Assembly (NCBI GenBank): GCA_965247705.1
Contig: CBDFHV010000067.1
Span: 14,116 to 78,115, forward strand
Origin: Rhodospirillales bacterium
GTDB taxonomy: Bacteria; Pseudomonadota; Alphaproteobacteria; Rhodospirillales; CAMCUA01
DNA: 64,000 bases
Direction: 5' to 3'
Positions 1 through 10,811 of this stretch are shown piece by piece. The notes below the pieces were generated by a model. That model was given only the letters and a program-made list of their open reading frames with translations. It ran no database searches and was not told where the DNA came from. Position numbers and translations under genes: made by a program. Numbering within the stretch: the stretch's first letter is position 1; every line of letters begins with the position of its first letter.

Positions 1-1
1 C

Positions 2-679
2 CTGGAGGACGCCGCCCGGGTGGGCACGATGTTGGGCGTGCGCCTCGATACCATCGCCATCGGCCCGGCCATGGAGGCCTTCGACGCCATGCTCCGGGAA
101 GCCTTCACCGGCCGCAACCGCGACGTGACCGAGGAGAACATCCAGGCCCGGGCTCGGGGCGTCGTGCTGATGGCGCTGTCCAACAAGCTTGGCGCCATGT
201 TGCTGACCACCGGCAACAAGTCGGAGATGTCGGTCGGTTACGCCACCCTCTACGGGGACATGTGCGGCGGTTATTCGGTGCTCAAGGACGTCTACAAGAC
301 CACCGTCTTCGCGCTCTCCCGGTGGCGCAACGACACGGCGCCGGAGGCATGCCTGGGACCCGACGGCCCGGTGATGCCCGAACGGATCATCACCAAACCC
401 CCGTCGGCCGAGCTGCGCCCCGACCAGACCGACCAGGACAGCTTGCCCGCCTACGAGACCCTGGACGCCATCCTGGGGTGCCTGGTGGAGGAGGAGTTGT
501 CTCTCGACAACACGGTGGCCCGGGGGCATGACCGGGAGATGGTGCGCCGGATCTGGCGCATGGTCGACCGCGCCGAATACAAACGCCGCCAGGCCCCCCC
601 GGGGGTGAAGCTGACTCTGCGTTCCTTTGGCCGCGACCGGCGGTATCCCATCACCAACGGATTTACCGCATTGGTTTGA
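2..679 (+). CDS. nadE: NAD+ synthetase, C-terminal part (5' end upstream of window)
   Basis: ORF is open to the window edge. The block GNKSEMSVGYATLYGDMCGGYSVLKDVYKT and the tail PSAELRPDQTDQDSLP are typical of the NAD synthetase domain. Confidence 0.85.
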   Translation: MEDAARVGTMLGVRLDTIAIGPAMEAFDAMLREAFTGRNRDVTEENIQARARGVVLMALSNKLGAMLLTTGNKSEMSVGYATLYGDMCGGYSVLKDVYKTTVFALSRWRNDTAPEACLGPDGPVMPERIITKPPSAELRPDQTDQDSLPAYETLDAILGCLVEEELSLDNTVARGHDREMVRRIWRMVDRAEYKRRQAPPGVKLTLRSFGRDRRYPITNGFTALV

Positions 680-745
680 CCGCCAAGTGTCCATGGGATC
701 AGCATACTGAAAGAAAACCCTCCACAGCCCGCCACGGAGGCGGAC

Positions 746-1663
746 ATGATCGAGGCGACGACCGTCCCCGTTTCCATCGTCATTCCGGTGTTCGGCGCGG
801 CGCCGCACCTGCGCGCGCTCATCGACCGGCTGGCGGCCCAAACCGTGGGCGCGCGGGAGATCCTGGTGGTGCATACGGGCCCCGACGATCCGACGAGCGC
901 GCTCGCCGGCGCCCATCCCGGGCTGAGGATCATTCATCAGGACCAGCGGCTTTATGCCGGACAGGCGCGCAACCGGGGACTGGCGGCGGCAACCGGGCGC
1001 TGGGTTGCCTTCCTGGACAGCGACGTTCTTCCCGAACCGGACTGGCTCGAACATATGCATGGGGCCTTGAGCGCTGGCCCCCGTGGGGTCGTGGCCGGCG
1101 GCGTGGGGGCTGCCCGAACCGGCGGCTATTGGGGCTTGAGTCTGTGGGCGGTCGAGTTCGGCAGCGTCCATCCTTACCTGCCGGACAGGGACATGGCCGG
1201 CGGATGTTCGGCCAATCTGGCGGCCGCCCGCGAGGACCTGTTGGCCATCGGCGGCTATCCGGGAGTCATCAAGACGTCGGAGGACGTGACCATCACCGCC
1301 CGATTCCGTGCCGCCGGTATGGCGAACCAGTTTTGCGGCAGCGCCGCCGTGGGGCACTACAACATCCCGGGCTTTCGTCACATGATGCGCCACCTGGCGT
1401 CCCTGGGGCGGTGGAGTGCCGAGGCCCGCCGCCGCGAGGCCCTGCCCGGCGGGTTCGTCGCCCGCTATTGGCCGCTGGCCGCCCTGCTGTGGATCTATCG
1501 GGTGCTGATTACCTACGGACGAGTCCTGCGCTGGGGCCGCGGCTACCGGTTGGCGCTTTTGTTCCGGCTGCCGGCGGTGACCCTGGGGGCCCTGGCCTGG
1601 AACGCCGGTTTCCTATACGGGCTGTTCGTCACCCGGCGGGGCGGCGACGCCGCGACGTCCTGA
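746..1663 (+). CDS. family 2 glycosyltransferase
   Basis: N-terminal VSIVIPVFGAAPHL block and FLDSDV (DxD-like) motif. The C-terminal part is hydrophobic. Confidence 0.7.
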   Translation: MIEATTVPVSIVIPVFGAAPHLRALIDRLAAQTVGAREILVVHTGPDDPTSALAGAHPGLRIIHQDQRLYAGQARNRGLAAATGRWVAFLDSDVLPEPDWLEHMHGALSAGPRGVVAGGVGAARTGGYWGLSLWAVEFGSVHPYLPDRDMAGGCSANLAAAREDLLAIGGYPGVIKTSEDVTITARFRAAGMANQFCGSAAVGHYNIPGFRHMMRHLASLGRWSAEARRREALPGGFVARYWPLAALLWIYRVLITYGRVLRWGRGYRLALLFRLPAVTLGALAWNAGFLYGLFVTRRGGDAATS

Positions 1664-1666
1664 ATC

Positions 1667-3244
1667 TCAACGCCTGAACAGGTCCGTAAGCGGCGCGCCG
1701 TCCAGGTGGTCGGGTACGCTGGTGCCAAGGGCCGCGAGGATCGTCGGCGGCAGGTCCAGGGTATGGCCGCCGTTGAGCACGTGGCCCGCCTTGATGCGCG
1801 GCCCCCGGGCGAGAAGAAATCCGTCCGGTTTGTGGAATCCCGACCGCATGTGCAGCCGTTCTTGCAGCGGGACGTCGCCATGCGTCGGCGACCGAATGCC
1901 AACCGTTGGCCGGTCGCAGCGCCAGACCACCACCAGGTCGGGCATCAGGTCGCTGTAGGGGCCCGGCCATTTCTCCTGAGTGCGGATCACCTTGTCGACG
2001 ATAGGCTCGCCGCTCACCATGTCCCGCAAGGCGTGGAGTTCGCTCGTTAGCTCCTCCAGGACGCTCTCATAGTCGGCGCCGGGCTCGACAATGCCCGACG
2101 GCTCCCGTCCCTTGAGGTTGACCCGGATGTAGCCGTGGTCGTCCGAGGGCGGCGAAAAGGCCCGCATGCGCGACCAGTACTTCTGGCCAAAGACCGCCAT
2201 GTAATGGTGGGTGCGGAAATTCTGGCGCAGGCTGTAGGGGGCATAGAGCTTGAGATGGCTACGCACTTCCTTCGGCACGGCCTGGCGCACCCAGGACAGG
2301 AACTGGGACTTCCGTGAGGTGGTGCCTTCCGGCAGGTCCTGGCCAGGGGCGATTCCCGACCATCGTTCCAGGAACCGGGGCAGGATGTCGGTCAGGGTGT
2401 ATTCCGCCATCATGCCGTGCAGGGAGAAGACCATCAGGGTGGCGTCGTCGGGCAGGGCAGCCATGACGTCGCCAATGCCCCGGTCGAGGGCCCGGGCCAC
2501 GTCGAGCATTCCGGACAGAAGGTCCCTCGGCGCGGCGGGATCGTGATCGGGGTGAGCGGAATTGGCGAAGTGCCAGAGTCGATGGCCCGCCCCATGCATC
2601 TCGCTCCACACGCAGACGATGGCGTCGAAATCGCCCTCGCGGATCAGCCATGAGGTCAGTTCGGCCTTGGCTTTGGCGCCGGCGATCAGCTTGGTGCGAA
2701 TATCGAGAAAGAATCGGTGGCTGTCCTTGTCGAAGTCTTCTTCTCCCGGCGCCAGGGGATAGGCGCCGAAGCGGCGGCGGACATCGGCCATGAATTCGGC
2801 GGGCGACGAGCCCGGGTCCAGATGGGCCGCGTGGGTGCCCCAATTGAGCAGGCAGACACCGTTCATGTCCGCATCGGGCGTTCCCTTGGGCACGTCGATG
2901 ATGGCGACCCGCGGCGCCGCGCCGTCGGCGAACCGGCTATACGCGGGGAAGGCCCGGTATTCCTTGGTCTCGGCCAGGTAGCCGTGAATCCGATACTCGC
3001 CGGTCACCAGGGGAAAGGAGGTGAAGCCGTGGGAGCGTCCCGGATGTACACCGGCATGGAAACTTGCCCACACGGCGGCCGGGAACGATTCGGCCACCGA
3101 ATCCAGCTTGGCCCAGCTTCCCTGAGCGCGGAGCGCCGCAAGGTGGGGAAGGTGGCCCTCGCCGATCCAACGGTCGATGAGATCCACCTCGGCTGCGTCC
3201 AATCCGATTGCCACCACGGGGCCGGTAGTTTTCGTTGGGGACAT
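1667..3244 (-). CDS. alkaline-phosphatase-superfamily protein (type I phosphodiesterase/nucleotide pyrophosphatase-like)
   Basis: 525-aa ORF with AlkP-superfamily-like blocks (VVAIGLDAAE near the N-terminus, MVFSLHGM, GFHKPDGFLLARGPRI). Family assignment is from recall only. Confidence 0.55.
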   Translation of the reverse strand: MSPTKTTGPVVAIGLDAAEVDLIDRWIGEGHLPHLAALRAQGSWAKLDSVAESFPAAVWASFHAGVHPGRSHGFTSFPLVTGEYRIHGYLAETKEYRAFPAYSRFADGAAPRVAIIDVPKGTPDADMNGVCLLNWGTHAAHLDPGSSPAEFMADVRRRFGAYPLAPGEEDFDKDSHRFFLDIRTKLIAGAKAKAELTSWLIREGDFDAIVCVWSEMHGAGHRLWHFANSAHPDHDPAAPRDLLSGMLDVARALDRGIGDVMAALPDDATLMVFSLHGMMAEYTLTDILPRFLERWSGIAPGQDLPEGTTSRKSQFLSWVRQAVPKEVRSHLKLYAPYSLRQNFRTHHYMAVFGQKYWSRMRAFSPPSDDHGYIRVNLKGREPSGIVEPGADYESVLEELTSELHALRDMVSGEPIVDKVIRTQEKWPGPYSDLMPDLVVVWRCDRPTVGIRSPTHGDVPLQERLHMRSGFHKPDGFLLARGPRIKAGHVLNGGHTLDLPPTILAALGTSVPDHLDGAPLTDLFRR

Positions 3245-3330
3245 TCCGTGGACCGCATCGGTTGCCGATGCCGGTCAGCTTAGGCCGGGTATCAGGGGCG
3301 GGCAACGCCCGCGGCAATCAGGCGGCTCGC

Positions 3331-4293
3331 CTACCGATACATGGACTCTTCGATCGGTCGATGGCCAAAGGCCCGCCACATGCCCGGCACCTCGTAGGCG
3401 TGGGACCGGATCGCCGAGACCAGGGCCAGGGGTACCTCGTACCAGGCAACGCCGTGATAACGGCCGTAGCGCAGGCACCAGCCCCAGGTCTGGCACAGCC
3501 GGGCCAGGAACAGGAGCGGGATCGACGCAACGTTGAGTGTCAACAGCCAGGCAAACGGCAAGGTACGGTCCAGTTGGCGCATGTGCACGGTGGCGAAACC
3601 CGTGTTGCGGCGGATATCGCGTTCCATGTCCATGCCTTCGAAGTCATGGACGACGCGCATGGCCGGCTCGAAATAAAACCTGTGCCCCTGGCGCAGCATG
3701 GCATGGGCGTGGAGCCGGCCGGCGAAGGGGCCCGCCTCGTCGCGGAACGGCACCCGCAGATAGCTGGAACGCCTGTACATGCTGTTGTTGCTGGCCACAT
3801 AGCCCACGTAGTCGGCAGCCGGCCGGCATACGTGGGAGCGGCCCGTGAGGGCCACAATTCGCTCGCGCCGGGTGCGGTTCGGGTAGTTGGTCAGTCCGCT
3901 GCACACGGAAACCTCGGGATGGTTCCGCAGCACGACCACGCCCGCTTCCACCCATCGGGGGTCCGGCACGCAGTCCGCATCCAGCACCCCCAGGAAGGGC
4001 GCCCGGGATTCGGCGATGCCCACATGTTTCATGCGGAAGGAGCGCTGGTCGTCGGCGGCAACGAAGTTGAGGTCGGGCAGGATTTCCTTCAGGTCGGCGG
4101 GGACGCGGTCCAAGTACCCCGCGTACTCGACCAGGATGACCTCCATCGATCCCGCGAAGGTCTGCCGGGCCAGGGCGGAAAGGGTGGCCCGGATGTCGTT
4201 CCACGACTTGTCCTCGCCCCCCGCGTAGTCCGAGACCACGATCACCGACACCTCGGGGCGATCCACTCGCGCGTCATCAGTGGAAGGGGTCAC
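3331..4293 (-). CDS. family 2 glycosyltransferase
   Basis: VSVIVVSDYAGG N-terminal block and LDADCVP DxD motif. Several C-terminal hydrophobic helices. Confidence 0.7.
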   Translation of the reverse strand: MTPSTDDARVDRPEVSVIVVSDYAGGEDKSWNDIRATLSALARQTFAGSMEVILVEYAGYLDRVPADLKEILPDLNFVAADDQRSFRMKHVGIAESRAPFLGVLDADCVPDPRWVEAGVVVLRNHPEVSVCSGLTNYPNRTRRERIVALTGRSHVCRPAADYVGYVASNNSMYRRSSYLRVPFRDEAGPFAGRLHAHAMLRQGHRFYFEPAMRVVHDFEGMDMERDIRRNTGFATVHMRQLDRTLPFAWLLTLNVASIPLLFLARLCQTWGWCLRYGRYHGVAWYEVPLALVSAIRSHAYEVPGMWRAFGHRPIEESMYR

Positions 4294-4493
4294 GGCGTCG
4301 GCCCCCCTTGTCGAGGGAAATCCGCGGTCGACTCCGTGGACCGTCCGCGCCGCGCCGTGTTACGTTTCGCACCTCGGGTCGAATAGGGTTCGGTCCGCCG
4401 GGTCATATGGGGTTCGCGATGCGCTTGTGTCTTTGTTGCCGAGGGTAATCTCGTCCCTCGCCGCCCGTTGACCGTTCGCGATCCTGATCTGCC

Positions 4494-5885
<1,392 letters not shown>

Positions 5886-5894
5886 GCACGTCGT

Positions 5895-6266
5895 TCAGTC
5901 GTCATGTCGCCGCATGTGTATCCGGACGCGCCCCGGTTCGACGATCCACAAGGCGCCTCTTGGAGATTCCGTTTCGGCGGCGGTAAGAAACGCCTTCAGG
6001 CACTCGAGTAGGACTGGAAGCGTCGCACGGGGCCGTGAATCCAGCACGACGATGCCCGCACTGGAGTCCGGAGGAAACCGCAGGACCTCCCCAAAATCGC
6101 GATCAAGAGTGATCAGAGTCCGGTCTTCCCGGGCGCAAGTGTCGAAGAGAGTCTGATCAGGGGCGCCGAGGAGCCCCTGATCGCGGACGGTCATGACGTC
6201 GTGCCCGGCCGATCCCAGCAATTCGACACCCCGAAGACCGATATTCTCGTCAAGCTTGATTTTCAC
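5895..6266 (-). CDS. DUF5615-type PIN-like protein (putative toxin)
   Basis: MKIKLDENIG...LITLDRDFG pattern of DUF5615/Mut7-C-like PIN domains. Overlaps the upstream DUF433 gene by 4 nt. Confidence 0.65.
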   Translation of the reverse strand: MKIKLDENIGLRGVELLGSAGHDVMTVRDQGLLGAPDQTLFDTCAREDRTLITLDRDFGEVLRFPPDSSAGIVVLDSRPRATLPVLLECLKAFLTAAETESPRGALWIVEPGRVRIHMRRHDD

Positions 6267-6523
6267 GCCACGTCATCGGGAGAGACCGCCACGATTCGTT
6301 CACGAGCGGCCTCCGCGCCATAGGCGATCGCGGCAAGTACGTCCTCGTGCGTCAGCTGCGGGTACTCGGCTCGCAGTTCCGTCTCCGTCATGCCGTCGGC
6401 GAGACAATCGAGGAGCAGGGACACCCAAATCCGAGTGCCTCCGATGCACGGTTTCCCGCCGCATACCTCCGGATTCACGGAAATACGATTGAGTAAGGCG
6501 TTCACGGCCATACCTGTGCGCAA
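6263..6523 (-). CDS. DUF433 domain protein (putative antitoxin)
   Basis: NPEVCGGKPCIGGTRI core typical of DUF433. 86 aa, translationally coupled to the DUF5615 gene. Confidence 0.7.
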   Translation of the reverse strand: MRTGMAVNALLNRISVNPEVCGGKPCIGGTRIWVSLLLDCLADGMTETELRAEYPQLTHEDVLAAIAYGAEAARERIVAVSPDDVA

Positions 6524-6612
6524 CGATATGATCGCGACAGTATGGTTCGGCAGTCAGATACGTTGCAATGCCCGTATGATCGTGGGCATTGAAATGGCGC
6601 GTTGACCGACCA

Positions 6613-7062
6613 CTACCGTCGCGCCGAGGACAGGACCTCGATGCGGGTGTCGGCCAGTTCCAGGGGCAGAAAGCGCTGGGGGTGGTCCGCGGTGTAGACG
6701 CTGGGCAGGCCTGACGGATGGCGGCGCAGGTACCACAATCCCACCGGCTGGGCCCGTTGATCGGTAACTTCCAGAACGTCATCCCCGGGTAGGACCAGGT
6801 ACACCGTCTTTCGCGAGCGGCGGCCCTTCAGCACCCGATCCACCTGAATCACGGCCAGGTCGTGACGGCGATCCCCGGCGGCGAACATCATCAGGCGTTG
6901 GCCGGTGAGGCGTCCGACAACGATCAGGTCCGACTGATCGACCAGGGCCGAGTCGGAAAGCCGCATCCAGGCGGCCTTTGCCGGCGCCAGGCTAAGGGCC
7001 AGGAACAGGCCAATAAGAAAGATCAGGCCGGCGACGGCCACCCCCACCTTGGATCGCCCCAT
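6613..7062 (-). CDS. hypothetical N-terminally anchored/secreted protein
   Basis: Internal ATG at 7062 gives MGRSKVGVAVAGLIFLIGLFLALSLAPAKA, a signal/anchor sequence. The upstream part of the 292-aa ORF is Arg/Pro-rich GC noise. Confidence 0.4.
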   Translation of the reverse strand: MGRSKVGVAVAGLIFLIGLFLALSLAPAKAAWMRLSDSALVDQSDLIVVGRLTGQRLMMFAAGDRRHDLAVIQVDRVLKGRRSRKTVYLVLPGDDVLEVTDQRAQPVGLWYLRRHPSGLPSVYTADHPQRFLPLELADTRIEVLSSARR

Positions 7063-7240
7063 GAGTCCCCCGGGAACGCTGTTGATGAATCGGCGGCATA
7101 TTCGGCGTCGGGGGTCGTCTCGCCTATGACGGCGATCACTATGATCGGCAATAAAGACGCCGCGCGTGGAAAGGGGCGCCTTGACTCGGCAATCCTGGCG
7201 CGTAGCCTGCGTCGCTTCGGTTCGCCGTACACTCGACACG

Positions 7241-8188
7241 ATGATCGCGATCAATCCCGGCGAGGCCCCGTCGGAGCGGCGATGGAGGAGCACTTTGATC
7301 TTCCCCTGGCGTGGTACGATACGGCGAGGCCTCTCCGCCTTATCGTCGGTCAGCCTTTTCGTCGCCCTTGCCGCCGTGGGCGGCTGCGAGCTGTTTTCGG
7401 ACGACGAAACGCCAGCGGTGGTCGAGCCCGGGCTGGAATCCACCTGGGGCCGCATCGCCCGGACCCAAGTCCTGCGGGTCGTTTGTGTCAATCAGAAGCC
7501 GTTTTGCTACGGCGGCGGGAAAGGGGCCGGGTCCCGGCAGGGATTCGTCCCGGCAATGGCCGAGGATCTGGCGTCCGCCTTGGGCGCTCGCGTCGCCTAC
7601 GTGCATGCCGACCGGGTGGCAGGGATCATCGCCATCGAGGACGACCAGGCGGAAATTCACTTCGCCCTCCAGAAAACGAGCGGCCGCCAGTACAAAATCG
7701 AATATGCGGGGCCCCTGTATCATCTGACCTGGGGCCTGCTTCTGCGAAAGGGTTTTGCGGGCGGCAACACCTGGGCCGACTACGATTCGCCATCGATACG
7801 AATCGCGGTCCTGAGCAATTCCGCCCTTGAGAGCGTGGCCGATTCCTGGACAGGGAGCGCCACCCGGCGCGTTTTCGACCGCTACTTGGACGCTTTGGAC
7901 TCGGTTCGCGAGGGTCGAGCGGACGCAATCGCGGTGACGATCATCAACGGCTTTGTGCTGAAAGCGGTCAACGACGACTTTGGTGCCTTGGTGATCCCAT
8001 CGCCCATCCTCTACTTGCGCCCGATTTTCGCGGGTTTGACCCATGAGGACGATGGGCGGTTCAAAGACTTCGTGGACGACTGGGCGGCAAAGAACCGGGA
8101 CACCGCACGGCCGGAAACCTGGATTCGAGAGGCCCTAACAGAAATCGGTGTGGACGAGAGCGACATGCCGGCCGCCTTTGACTCTTGA
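7241..8188 (+). CDS. family-3-like periplasmic solute-binding protein (probable lipoprotein), orphan
   Basis: VALAAVGGC lipobox after the ATG at 7241. The body resembles polar-amino-acid SBPs (LRVVCVNQKPF, ADAIAVTIING). A longer alternative start exists at 7166. Confidence 0.5.
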   Translation: MIAINPGEAPSERRWRSTLIFPWRGTIRRGLSALSSVSLFVALAAVGGCELFSDDETPAVVEPGLESTWGRIARTQVLRVVCVNQKPFCYGGGKGAGSRQGFVPAMAEDLASALGARVAYVHADRVAGIIAIEDDQAEIHFALQKTSGRQYKIEYAGPLYHLTWGLLLRKGFAGGNTWADYDSPSIRIAVLSNSALESVADSWTGSATRRVFDRYLDALDSVREGRADAIAVTIINGFVLKAVNDDFGALVIPSPILYLRPIFAGLTHEDDGRFKDFVDDWAAKNRDTARPETWIREALTEIGVDESDMPAAFDS

Positions 8189-8201
8189 AGCCCGTCCGGC
8201 G

Positions 8202-8252
8202 CGTCAGCTTCCCAAGCCCGTCAGCTTCCCAAGCCCGTCAGCTTACCAAGAA
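8202..8252. repeat. 17-bp direct tandem repeat x3 (CGTCAGCTTCCCAAGCC; third copy degenerate)
   Basis: Read directly: two perfect units at 8202-8218 and 8219-8235, and an imperfect third at 8236-8252 that contains the stop codon of the 8238..8804 gene. Confidence 0.85.
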
Positions 8253-8804
8253 TGCATCGATGTCGGCTTGGTCCATGGTGCTGCCGCTGCCATGAATGTT
8301 GGCCGCGGCGTGGTCCATCAGGCGCTGCAACAACCGCGATGCCTCCAATGCCTCCGCTTTCATGGAGTCCGTCGCGCCGTCGGCGGTCAGGGCGTCCAGG
8401 TGCCTGATCGTCGCCGCCATTACCTTGTTCATCTGGACGACGGTGCGCTCGAAGGGCTCCCGGAAGCGGGCGGGGGCATGGGCGTAGGCTTCCACCGCCA
8501 GATCCCGGTCCGCCACCGTGCTGTCCCGGAAGTGATCCACGTAGGTCTTCGGCGCCCAGGCACGAAGCTCCTCCACCAATTCCGGCATGTCGGGCACCAT
8601 CTCCAGCAGCATGACCACCTCGTTGAAATGGTTCAGGTAGTCGGTGGCCAGCAGGGTCTGGGGATTGACGTTGGTGCCCACGGCCCGGGCACGCAGGGCC
8701 GCCGTCAGCGGATCGTCCTCCGCGGTGTTGGTGGGGTTGTCTGAGGTGGCGGTTGGCATGGCGGCGACAGGATACGCGGGGTGCGCCGATGGGCCAAGCG
8801 GCAC
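8238..8804 (-). CDS. hypothetical protein
   Basis: 188-aa ORF with non-repetitive, codon-biased translation (LLATDYLNHFNEVVMLLEMVPDMPELVEELRAW). No family recognised. Confidence 0.45.
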   Translation of the reverse strand: MPLGPSAHPAYPVAAMPTATSDNPTNTAEDDPLTAALRARAVGTNVNPQTLLATDYLNHFNEVVMLLEMVPDMPELVEELRAWAPKTYVDHFRDSTVADRDLAVEAYAHAPARFREPFERTVVQMNKVMAATIRHLDALTADGATDSMKAEALEASRLLQRLMDHAAANIHGSGSTMDQADIDAFLVS

Positions 8805-8889
8805 GGGCCATGAGCCTTGAGGCGGGGCGGCATCTCACGCATTGTGCGCCGGCTCCCGGACCCGCAACCGGACTCGCGTAATTCAACCG

Positions 8890-9669
8890 ATGACCGCCGC
8901 CCCCCCCGTCGTGGTTCTGGTCCGCCCCCAGTTGGGGGAAAACATCGGTATGGTCGCGCGCGCCATGTGCAACTGCGGCCTCGACGACCTCAGGCTGGTC
9001 AATCCCCGGCGACCCTGGCCCAACCCCCGGGCCGAGGCCGCCGCCGCCGGCGCGGCGCCCCTGCTGGAGCGGGTGCGGCTGTTCGCAACCACCGCCGAGG
9101 CGGTGGCCGACCTGAACTACGTACTGGCCAGCACCGCCCGCCCCCGCCACACCACCCAAGTGGTCCTGACTCCCGAAAGCGGGGCGGCGGCGCTGCGGGA
9201 GCGCGCCGCCGGTGGCGGCGCCTGCGGCATCCTGTTCGGCAAGGAATCCCGCGGCCTGGAGAACGACGACCTGGCCCTGGCCGACGCCATCCTCAGCGTG
9301 CCCCTCGACCCCGCCCTCACCTCCCTCAACATCGCCCAGGCGGTGCTGCTGGTCAGCTACGCCTGGTTCCGGGCGGGCGATGATACGCCGGACGCCACGC
9401 TGAACGTTCCCCGCGCCACCCGCCCCGCCACCAAGGGCGAGCTGGTAGGCTTTTTCGAACACCTGGAGCGGGAGCTGGATGCCTGCGGATTTCACGCCGT
9501 GGCCGACAAACGGCCGATCATGGTGCGCAACCTGCGCAATCTCTTCCAACGGGCTTCCCTGACCGAGCAGGAGGTGCGCACGATGCGCGGTGTCGTCAGC
9601 GGCCTGGCGCGTCTGGGCCGCAGCCGGGGGACAGTGGGAAAGCGGGAGGATGAGGGTGGGGTGGAATAG
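8890..9669 (+). CDS. trmJ: TrmH/SpoU-family RNA 2'-O-methyltransferase (TrmJ-like)
   Basis: VVVLVRPQLGENIGMVARAMCNCGLDDLRLVNPR N-terminal SpoU block. ILFGKESRGLEN and SLNIAQAV motifs. Start chosen at ATG 8890. Confidence 0.7.
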   Translation: MTAAPPVVVLVRPQLGENIGMVARAMCNCGLDDLRLVNPRRPWPNPRAEAAAAGAAPLLERVRLFATTAEAVADLNYVLASTARPRHTTQVVLTPESGAAALRERAAGGGACGILFGKESRGLENDDLALADAILSVPLDPALTSLNIAQAVLLVSYAWFRAGDDTPDATLNVPRATRPATKGELVGFFEHLERELDACGFHAVADKRPIMVRNLRNLFQRASLTEQEVRTMRGVVSGLARLGRSRGTVGKREDEGGVE

Positions 9670-9686
9670 CACCGACGCTCGCTTTT

Positions 9687-10238
9687 TCAAACCCGTTCCG
9701 ACAGCCAGATGGCAAGCCGGGTGCCGGCGCGGATGGCGCCGGTGAGGGGGCGGTAGGCGGGGGTTGCCTCGGCCCCGTGGTCGAGGGCGGTGTCCCGGTG
9801 CTCGACTTCCTCGTCGCGGAAACGGGCGATGGTCGCCTTCAAGTCCTTCTCGTCGTCGCCGAGAGCTTCGAGCTGGCGGCGGTAGTGACCGTCGATGACC
9901 TCTTCCACGGCGACCGTACAGGCCATGGCCGCTTTTTCGCCGAGGAGCGCCGTTCCCGCGCCGAGGGCGAACCCGGCGGCGTGCCAGAGCGGCATCAGGG
10001 CGGTGGGGCGCACCTGGCGTTCGGCCATGATCCGGTCGAAGGTTTCCAGGTGTTGTTGTTCCTGATCCGCCATGTGGCGGATGGTCGGACCGGATTGCGT
10101 TTGCCCCAGGACCGCCAGTTGGCCGGCATAGATGCGGGCCGCCCCGTACTCGCCCGCCTGATCGACGCGGACCACCCGCTCCAGCAAGGCGCGGTCGGAA
10201 AGGTCACCGGGCATGGGCCGGCGGCGTTTGGCGCTCAT
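9687..10238 (-). CDS. coq7: Coq7-type demethoxyubiquinone hydroxylase (di-iron)
   Basis: DQAGEYGAARIY, DQEQQHL and EEVEHRD di-iron carboxylate motifs. Start at ATG 10238. The longer ORF extension is Arg-rich noise. Confidence 0.85.
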   Translation of the reverse strand: MSAKRRRPMPGDLSDRALLERVVRVDQAGEYGAARIYAGQLAVLGQTQSGPTIRHMADQEQQHLETFDRIMAERQVRPTALMPLWHAAGFALGAGTALLGEKAAMACTVAVEEVIDGHYRRQLEALGDDEKDLKATIARFRDEEVEHRDTALDHGAEATPAYRPLTGAIRAGTRLAIWLSERV

Positions 10239-10783
10239 GGCCGGGCCGCGAGGAACCCGTGCGCGGCCCATGCGCTGGCCGCGGCCAGCAACGGCGAGAC
10301 GGCGGCGTTCCAGGTGGCCATGGAGAGGCCGAGGAATGTCCAGTCCACGGCGTCGCAGGCCTTGGGCAGCGGCGCGGACAGGCTGGCCATCAGATACTTC
10401 ACGTCCATGGCCGGCGGCAGGCCGCCGCCGCAGCCGGTGGCCGATTGCCACCAGTGCTGCTCCACGCCGACGTGATAGACGGCGATCCCCGATCCGATCA
10501 GGAACGCCGCGCCCGCCGCCGCGGCCAGCCAGCCGGCGCGGCGCCGGTCGGGGGCGATGATCAACCCGACCAGGCCCAGCACGCCGACGACGGCGTAGGG
10601 GATGCGCTGGTAAAGGCACAGCACGCAGGGCTCCAGGCCGAAGCCGTACTCGGCGATGTAGGCGGTGGCCAGGGCGCCGGCGCCCACCGCCAGCAGGGCC
10701 GCCGCCACGCCCCGCGGCGTTGAAATCAGCGCCAAGCCTCGCGCCAGGGGGGCCGTGTGGTCCATGGCCTTCATATAGCGCAC
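10235..10783 (-). CDS. dsbB: disulfide bond formation protein B family
   Basis: Four predicted TM helices and a CVLCLYQRIPY CxxC motif in the first periplasmic loop. 4-nt overlap with coq7. Confidence 0.7.
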   Translation of the reverse strand: MRYMKAMDHTAPLARGLALISTPRGVAAALLAVGAGALATAYIAEYGFGLEPCVLCLYQRIPYAVVGVLGLVGLIIAPDRRRAGWLAAAAGAAFLIGSGIAVYHVGVEQHWWQSATGCGGGLPPAMDVKYLMASLSAPLPKACDAVDWTFLGLSMATWNAAVSPLLAAASAWAAHGFLAARP

Positions 10784-10811
10784 CGGAGGTGTCGCGCCAC
10801 GCTCGCCGGTA

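Noticed and set aside
8202-8252. Possible mini-CRISPR or other spaced-repeat array.
   Set aside because: The units are directly adjacent with no spacers, only three copies are present, and there are no cas genes in the window. It is a simple tandem repeat.
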